Part shown: one piece after another, positions 51,968 through 58,991 of the stretch
Layout: every line of letters begins with the position of its first letter
Numbering within the stretch: position 1 is the first letter of the stretch
From: Craspedostauros australis
Taxonomy: Eukaryota
NCBI GenBank assembly: GCA_030167865.1
Contig: JALAGF010003725.1
Coordinates: 1-58,991, forward strand
Direction: 5' to 3'
Length of the DNA: 58,991 nt
Made by a program: the position numbers and the translations under genes
The notes under the pieces: model-generated
The model's database searches: none
What the model was told of the DNA's origin: nothing
What the model saw: the letters and a program-made list of their open reading frames with translations, nothing else

Positions 51968-54309
51968 TCATCCACTAAACCAGCCGCCGTTGGACTTCAT
52001 CCGTAACAAGGGTATTTGCACAGATGGTTTCATCCGCAGGATGTTGCTGACCTTCTCTCTCGCTGTCATGCTGTCCACCTGAATCCAAGTCCCGCGCTTC
52101 ACATCTCGTTTCAAGAATCGTATCCCCTTGTCCTTGATCATTTGCAGCACCGCCTCTGACATCACCGTCTTTTCATCACGCGAACCGAGATTGCGGTATT
52201 GTATCCGAAAGCTGTCATTGATGAGGCTCTGCACTGCCTTGTTGCCAGGGAAATTGATGAATGGTTTGCCACGACCCATGACGATGTCAGTTTCCCTCGG
52301 GTTGTCTATCCTGCCTTCTTTCTTCGCTTCTTCAATTGTGTCGGCCTCTTTCTGTTTCGTTTCGTCAATGTAGTTCAAAAACTTAGCCACCGACTCATTC
52401 TGAAAGAGGCTTTCTGGGACGCCGAACGACATGACCATGTACTGGCATTCCATTTGGGATCCTGCAAAACGCACGCGTCCCAAAGCGCACGTCATGCAAA
52501 TTCAAAGCAAATGTGTATCCGACCAGCGACGGCGGGCATGATATGCCAGAGTAATCGTCGGGGGATTCAATCGCGATTGTTGATGTGATGTTAGAAAATG
52601 GGTGAACGTTTGAATGGTCATGGAACACTCTGCAGCTCTAATCCTCTAATCATGCAGTGAGGGGATGCTTCGGCGACATGCTGTGCGATGCCTTGCTTTC
52701 CTTCCAGCATCATCAAGTGAATGAGAGGAAACAAGAACGCAAGCAAGCGATTCAATAGAGCAGAAGATCGCGCGGCGCTTTCACCATGCCCTTCCTTGCA
52801 TCTCCGAGCTTGACCTCCGTCCCAATCGTATCTGATCATTTGACATAGCGCGCGTCCTTCGAACATACCAGGGTCCGCGGAAGCAACTTACCGAAATGTG
52901 AGCGGAATCTCAGCCGGCTTTCCTGTGTCAGCGTAAGCTGCGCCATGGATATCAGCGGGCGTATCCTCCGGTCGTCAAAGCAAAAGTGCGTGGCAATAAT
53001 TCGTAACGGCAACGCACGTGATTGCATCGACATCTTGTGCCCCAGCTCGATATTGTACTGGATCGACGCGTTCGATCCTAACCGATTCGCGACCACCACC
53101 AATCCGTTGCGTTGCACATTCTCGTTACGGCATGCCAGCATCATCAGGTACCATCCCACTCGAAGCTGCCAGCGTATGCGTTCGTTCGTTCATGCATTCA
53201 TGCGTGTGAAAGGATTTGTCGAGCGGATGATTTTGCATTGTGGATTTTGGACATTCATTCCGATTGCACCGTTGGGCATGGCAGGTCACCATATTGCCAT
53301 GTTGCAACGGCGCACAAAAGTAATCACAGGAGCAGCAGCACCAACGGGAAGAATCGAAATCATCAATGGGATTGAACAGCGAAGTGAATGTTTAGTGCCA
53401 TTCTGGGCTAATCCTGGAACACAAATCATGTCCTCTGTCCATGTTGAACGAGCCCAAGGAAACACTCCCAACCTCAACATTGCGGCCGCCAACGCATCAC
53501 ACAGCCACATGGGCAGCGGCCGCATGTCACAACAGCGACAACAACCAACACAGGCCGCATCACACGATACTCACTCGGTTGAGGTTCGCCTTGTATCGAA
53601 TCCGCTCCATCGAGTCGTACACGATGCAGCGACCAATGTTGTCAGTCATGGATGGGTTGAATTGCAGGCCCCCAGAGGTGAGGCACTCCACATCATCTTC
53701 CGTGAGATCATGCCAAGTGATCTGCGACACCAGAAGATTGCGACCGAACCATTCCTCTTTGCATCGGAAATGTTCGATGATGCGCTGCGCCGCCTTCTTC
53801 GTATCATAGCGATCCGCCCGCAGGAACATCAATCGGAATCCCCTATCTTGGACGAAGGCGGGACTGAGGAACATGGCCATATCGTAGGCCGTGCGGGGTC
53901 TGGTTTTATGGATTTCGTACTCCAACGATTCCAGCCGTTTCGACAGGAATTCTTCCGTCTCGTCGTGTTTCTCGGTGATCCCGTGCACCTCCTCGTTGAG
54001 CTTGTTGCGTTCCTGAAGGCTGAGTTCGTTGAGTTCTCTGACGATGACCTTTTCTGCTTCTGTCGGGCTCGTCTTCTTTCGTGCAATCGACGCTGAGGGT
54101 ACATGCGAGGGCGATGCCATTGACGATGAACCCATCGAGCGGCTGTTCTGAGCTGCGTGCCCGACCCCGGCGGCGCTGACGATCGTATTCATCAAGGGCA
54201 GACACATCGTGTTGGAGTCCGACTCGGAGTCAGAAGCTGTCGTCGAGTAGTCGGAACCGTGCGTATCGTACGTGTGGAAATCATCGGGTGTCCTACGTTT
54301 TCGCGACAT
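51968..54309 (-). CDS. CRAL-TRIO/Sec14-like plus C-terminal DUF6824 protein (diatom-expanded family), ~500 aa, 3 exons
   Basis: complement(join(51968..52461,52892..53165,53575..54309)); introns 53166..53574 (GTGAGT..GGCAG) and 52462..52891 (GTAAGT..TGCAG). Motifs LSLQERNKLNEEVHG, FRLMFLRADRYDTKKAAQR, QRNGLVVV, LPLRIIATHFC, RFRSHFGSQMECQY. DUF6824: DIVMGRG....FPGN...Y.....EK...IRFLKR...W.......AREKVS..LR. Confidence 0.9.
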
Positions 54310-56527
54310 CGTTTGCGGATGGATGGGTGGAGATGGTTGCAGAGTATTGGTAGAATACGATGCAGTGATTCTGTGACCAAAGTCGTCCAGTCTCTCTCCT
54401 CTCTCTCGTTAGCCGAATGACTAAGCCTCTTCGTCAATCAACCAAAGGCGATCAGCGTATGGAGTGCTCTTGGTCGTATTGATGGGTTGCGGTTTCTTTC
54501 GAGAACTTCTTTGGAACCGCCAGTCCCGTTGTCGTTGCGGTTGCGGTTGGCGTTGCCTGCTATTTGACGTTTGGAGTTCTGAGGGCAACTTTCTGCTCCG
54601 ATGCTGCTCTTGATGATCCTGGATCTGATACCTCGAAATAGGCAAAGTCTCTCTCTCTCTCTCTCTTAGTATTGTTGTGGAGAGCGGGTGGTGCTGAACA
54701 GCAGGCGCTCGTGGGGTGGACAATTGTGCACGATGCAGCTGCAGGACTCGGGATGCGGCTGGGGCACTTTGAACGACGCTGTGGTGCTCTCTTGTGTCTC
54801 GACCCTCTCTGGTCACGCTGTGAGATACTTTGGGCAGATTGGGCAGACAACCGTCCAAAGCGGCACCTTCCTGTGTCAATTTTGGTTGCGCTCTCCTCCC
54901 AGGCCCAATCTCTTGCGCGTTCGATCCTTTGGTTGAGCTGCGGCGGTGGGGTTCTCCTGCGGGTCTGCGGGTCCAGCCAATGGTTCCTTTGCGTCGCAGG
55001 TGTCGTCTTGTCTGTTCGTGGACTTGACAATTCTGGCACGAGTACGCTTCCTTGGCATTCGCAATCGTGATGTTTTGCTGCTTTGCGTACCTCTTTGTTG
55101 TGGCGGCCCTGCTTCTCGAGCTGTGTTGGATGTCTTGCTCCGAACTTGGTTGCCTCGTTTGTCCCTCTGTGCTTCAACAAATCGCCACAGAGACAGTTCC
55201 GTTTCGGTCTTGGCGTGCCTGTGTGGGTGTCGGCGATGCTGCTGTTGGGGGTGGAGTGCAGTTGATCGTGCTTCTGTCTTCAGTGATTCCTTTGTCCAGA
55301 GCACTTGTCAGCAACGGTGACGGTTCCTCCTTGGATTGCGCTGGAGAGAGTCGAGTTTTGTGGAGCAGAGAAATCGCGGGTGTTTGTAATTCCGATGCAT
55401 TCAGTTCAGATGGAGTCTGCGTCTCAGCTGAAAAGCACCGTGCCTGTTCGTGTGCAATTGATTCCAGCGCCGGCAGTCAGGGCGCTGGTGTCGCTCTTGG
55501 TGGAATTGCAATGAATACGCACTGTCACTTCCGTGTGCGAGGACGAGGACGGCTCCTTCGAGAGTCTGTTTGGTTGTGTCTGGTTGTGTTTGATGTGAGG
55601 TTTCCGTGCGAAGCGCAGGTCGCCACTTGGGTCTTTTCGATCAGGAGATCTTCAAGCCACGCGACCGCATCCAGTTCGCCTTGTGGTTTGGATGGAACGG
55701 CGGTTGCCGACGAGCGTAAATAACACCATGTGATTGACAACGGCGCGTGTATCGTTGGAGGTGACCTGTTGTGATCCTCATGAATAACCCCCTTGTGCAG
55801 CGATGATCTTGGATGATTCGTAGGCATATCAGATCCACGCAACAGCGCGCAGTTCAACATGATTTATGCCACGCATTGTTTACAGTTATGCGCTTCAGCC
55901 AGCTCGGAATTTCTTCGGGAACCCTTGAGTGCCCATCGCTGCGAAATGATGCAAACAAATATCATTTCATTCGTCAGATCGCAGTTCCTTCCAGCAACAC
56001 ATGTGACTAACCCAGTTCGAGAAGTCGGACCGTCACGTCAGCGAAAGGACCACACGGCACTCTACACTACTATTGCACTATCCCCGAGCGCTGTAGAGCA
56101 CGTGTACTCTCTGGAGTAGACTACGATTGTACAGTCGCAATAGTCTGTTGTCTCTCTCTTTCCTTCTTGAGAGAACGAGAGAGAGAGAGAGAGATCATGT
56201 GATGATCGGGAGACGATACGGGATGTGTTGTGTGTGTGATGATGTTATTGTGATTATCTCCGACCGTGCAGAGGCTGTGAACATGGGATTTGCTGCTGCA
56301 CCGTCTGTCATGGGACCGTATACCAACAGATCAAACCAATACAATAATCGATCATACGCGTACTGTGTTGGAGTACGTCGGAGGTTTCGTGGATACGCAT
56401 TCGTCGTCATGGCTCAGCCATTGTTGGTCTCTGCAGGGTGACGAGTACTCTAGTTCGTATATTCCAGTATTTTTCATGACAGGGTTTAACAGATGAGACC
56501 TAATACATATACAACGGGAAAGTCGAC

Positions 56528-57268
56528 TTATGGAGACACATAGTAGGTCAGATTGACCTGGATGCTGTTCTCGTCGCAGAAGTCTCCCACTTCCTCGTCA
56601 TACTCCACGACAAATGTCACATTGCCCGCCTCAAGGTTATCATTGAAGGTCGATGCCATGATCGTGACGCTGTTTTCGTATGGCACCATGTTGCAGTCCA
56701 AGTCGTGCGTGGTGGCATTGGGATTTGGGGCGAAGATGTCGAAGAAATCGGTTTCGTTGATGAAGCGTGTGGAGGCGTCCTCGAAGTTGATCCCGAAGTC
56801 CCCAAGCAAACTCATTGTGAATGTCACGTTAGTGCCAGCCAACGCAGCTGGCAGGTCCGCGAATGGGATGACATTTTCAGTGAATTGCACGATGGGGAAC
56901 ACAGGACTTGCGACGGTGAACAAGCCTGCAACGCTGCTGGACTTGCTGGACTTCTTTGCTTTATCCGATTTGCGTGTCTTGTTGCTATCAGACTTCTTCG
57001 TCTTCATGGAATCGGACTTGGGCGATTTCGTGCTGCCGAACGTGCCTCCCTTGGCGTGGCGTGCTCGCTGCGATGCCTGGACGAGGCTTCCGGTTCTGCG
57101 GGCCTCGGCAAGGTCCTCGTAACTGGTCCAGGACACTTTGCCCCCCTCGGCGAGCTGTCGCTCCATCTCCGTTCCAGCGCGGAGACTACCTGCCGCATCC
57201 TCGCCCTTTGCTACGGAAGATGCGAGGAAGATGCATGCCACTGTCAAAGAGATGATGCTGAGCTTCAT
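56528..57268 (-). CDS. Secreted silaffin-like protein: signal peptide, RXL site, Lys/Ser-rich KXXK block and acidic globular domain, 246 aa
   Basis: MKLSIISLTVACIFLASSVAKG signal peptide; SLR..ERQL; TKSPKSDSMKTKKSDSNKTRKSDKAKKSSKSSS; then ~130 aa acidic, beta-rich domain with two Cys and several N-x-S/T sequons. Confidence 0.8.
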   Translation of the reverse strand: MKLSIISLTVACIFLASSVAKGEDAAGSLRAGTEMERQLAEGGKVSWTSYEDLAEARRTGSLVQASQRARHAKGGTFGSTKSPKSDSMKTKKSDSNKTRKSDKAKKSSKSSSVAGLFTVASPVFPIVQFTENVIPFADLPAALAGTNVTFTMSLLGDFGINFEDASTRFINETDFFDIFAPNPNATTHDLDCNMVPYENSVTIMASTFNDNLEAGNVTFVVEYDEEVGDFCDENSIQVNLTYYVSP

Positions 57269-58991
57269 GTTGCTGGCTGAACATTCCCAACACCCGGATC
57301 GGAAGCACATACATGGGATAATATGTTGTAGTATGGCATGCGCGGCAGCACACAGTGTCCGAAAAGAGCGAATGCACGGCGCGGACGATCAGAGGGCATG
57401 TAGTGGCAACGTTCGTGTGTGAGTTGAGTGGTATTAGAGTATGTATTGACGTGGCAGCGACACGATCAGTGTGTGCTCACACCCACTCATCTCTTGGACG
57501 GCTCCACATATACCATGGCAGCTCAGCCACGTGCGCATTGGTCGCACGAGCGTCATTTTCATTCTCTTCATGGGATGTATCTAGCGGCAGGCCAATGCGC
57601 ATTCTATGGGACCACCATGCACATGCACATGCGCATATGCATGTGCGTGAGAACTTCATTGTGGCTATGTTCGATGCAGACAAACACAGAATAGAACTCA
57701 CCTGGTGTGTATGGTACTGGTGCGCTTCGGAGGCTTTGCGGTGCTTGGTATTGCACTGTTCTTGATGGTTGAGTTTATGAGTCTGGTTTGCCCTTGCCGA
57801 GTTGCGTCCTTGCAAATCATCTCGTCTCGTGATGTTTCACTTCGGCAGCGTAGGTGCACACATGTTTTGCTGTGATCTGCTCTCAACACAGACGTCCTTG
57901 ATCGTCATGCACAGCCTTGACCAAATCTCGTAATGTGAATACTCTACGAACCACTACTGCTGCGGACATCTACAGCGATGTCGCGAACGATCTACAGCAG
58001 GTAGAACACACACGTGCGGTGCCGAAGCTCGGATACGATCTTTCTGCTCGACTTCGTGTCGAGTGCTCAACAAACAGCCGTCCTCGTGCCCTTGAACGGA
58101 CAGTTGGATGCGAGCAGGACATCAATATTGTGTGCAAATATACGCTATTATGCATGCCAACAGTATTGTTACTTGGCATTCTATGATAGAGAGAGAGACA
58201 GAGAGAGTATGGACACTTCAATGAACGGGCAGTGCCCCCGCCCTCCCCCAACGACGTTTTTGGCTTCTCCATCGCGACGATTACCGACATCAAATTTTGG
58301 CTGTCGGTTGTGGTCGCAGAAAGTGAATAGCACAGAACACAGCAAGCTCGCACAACAATCGGAGAATGTCACATTCCAACAAGTCTGATGACACTATCCA
58401 AGCTATGCCATCGCAACATGACATGGAAAAGTATTGACTGGCTTGCTCACATCGGCAGCTGAACACATCTGGCGATGTTCTGGAGCGCATGCGAGTACAT
58501 TTGCAGAGAGCGGATCAACATGAAATGTTGTCCAACTCATGCGATCAGCAGCGCCTGATGCTCTTGTGCCGACATGGATCCTCCATAATCGCACTCTGTG
58601 AAGTCGTAGCAGCCATGCGCGCAGGCAGGGAGAGAACGGCCCGGACTTGCGAAGGAGCTTGACACATCTCCAGGCAGTTGGTGTCAGACTCTGGGGATGT
58701 TCGTCATGTTTGGGCACGGCGACTTGATTGATCGAAATTGGAACCGAGGCGTTTGGGAAACTGATGTTTGTCAATATTAGAAGCTGCGGTAAATAGATCA
58801 GAAAGAAAAAACAGACATACAAAAAGCTTCTAACGAACAAACTATCAAACACCATGACGAACAATAACACGAACATGGAATCTTCTGCCACGCGTTTCCA
58901 GGAGCCTCTAGTGCCTCAAAGAGCCGGACCCAAATGTTTGGCGATGTTTGGCGATGATTGGCTACAGATTTTGGACCCGTTTTTCCCAAAC

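Noticed and set aside
52945-54096. 383-aa plus-strand ORF antisense to the DUF6824 gene and crossing its intron
   Set aside because: No recognisable domain, and the minus-strand spliced model explains the region with family motifs and canonical splice sites.
39075-57268. Lumenal kinase plus silaffin-like gene as a linked biosilica cluster
   Set aside because: They are 15 kb apart with five unrelated genes between them. Proximity in a eukaryotic genome is not evidence of a shared system.
57300-58991. Short ORFs at the right end; possible transposon remnants here or in other gaps
   Set aside because: No transposase, RT or integrase motifs, terminal repeats or coding bias visible; treated as intergenic.

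Overview
This is eukaryotic nuclear DNA, almost certainly from a diatom, probably pennate. Support comes from ASAFAP-type bipartite plastid-targeting peptides, a DUF6824 protein, diatom-type ankyrin-like repeats, a silaffin-like secreted protein and GT-AG introns. I find 18 protein-coding genes (one partial) and no prokaryotic-type systems. In order: a partial plastid-targeted gene running off the left edge; ABC1 atypical kinase; DUF2358/NTF2-like plastid protein; HID1; a 1453-aa disordered Ser/Arg-rich protein; divergent ARPC4; DGK1-like CTP-dependent lipid kinase; SPB1/FTSJ3; DUF4864-like protein; HMT1/ABCB6-like ABC half-transporter; ankyrin-like protein; RAD1 with a very long acidic tail; a type II membrane PKDCC/POMK-like lumenal kinase; A20 zinc-finger protein; a multi-pass membrane protein; GFA/CENP-V protein; a plastid Rossmann-like protein; a CRAL-TRIO-like+DUF6824 protein; and a secreted RXL/KXXK silaffin-like protein. 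Ten introns (235-674 bp) were reconstructed by hand. I found no convincing tRNA, rRNA, CRISPR array or transposon, and I cannot demonstrate a novel multi-gene system. The best leads are single genes: an ARPC4 in a lineage reported to lack Arp2/Arp3, a silaffin-like chimeric protein, a secretory-pathway kinase with a (HEHK)n tail, and a RAD1 carrying a RAD9-like phospho-tail. All family assignments come from recognising motifs by eye, not from database searches.
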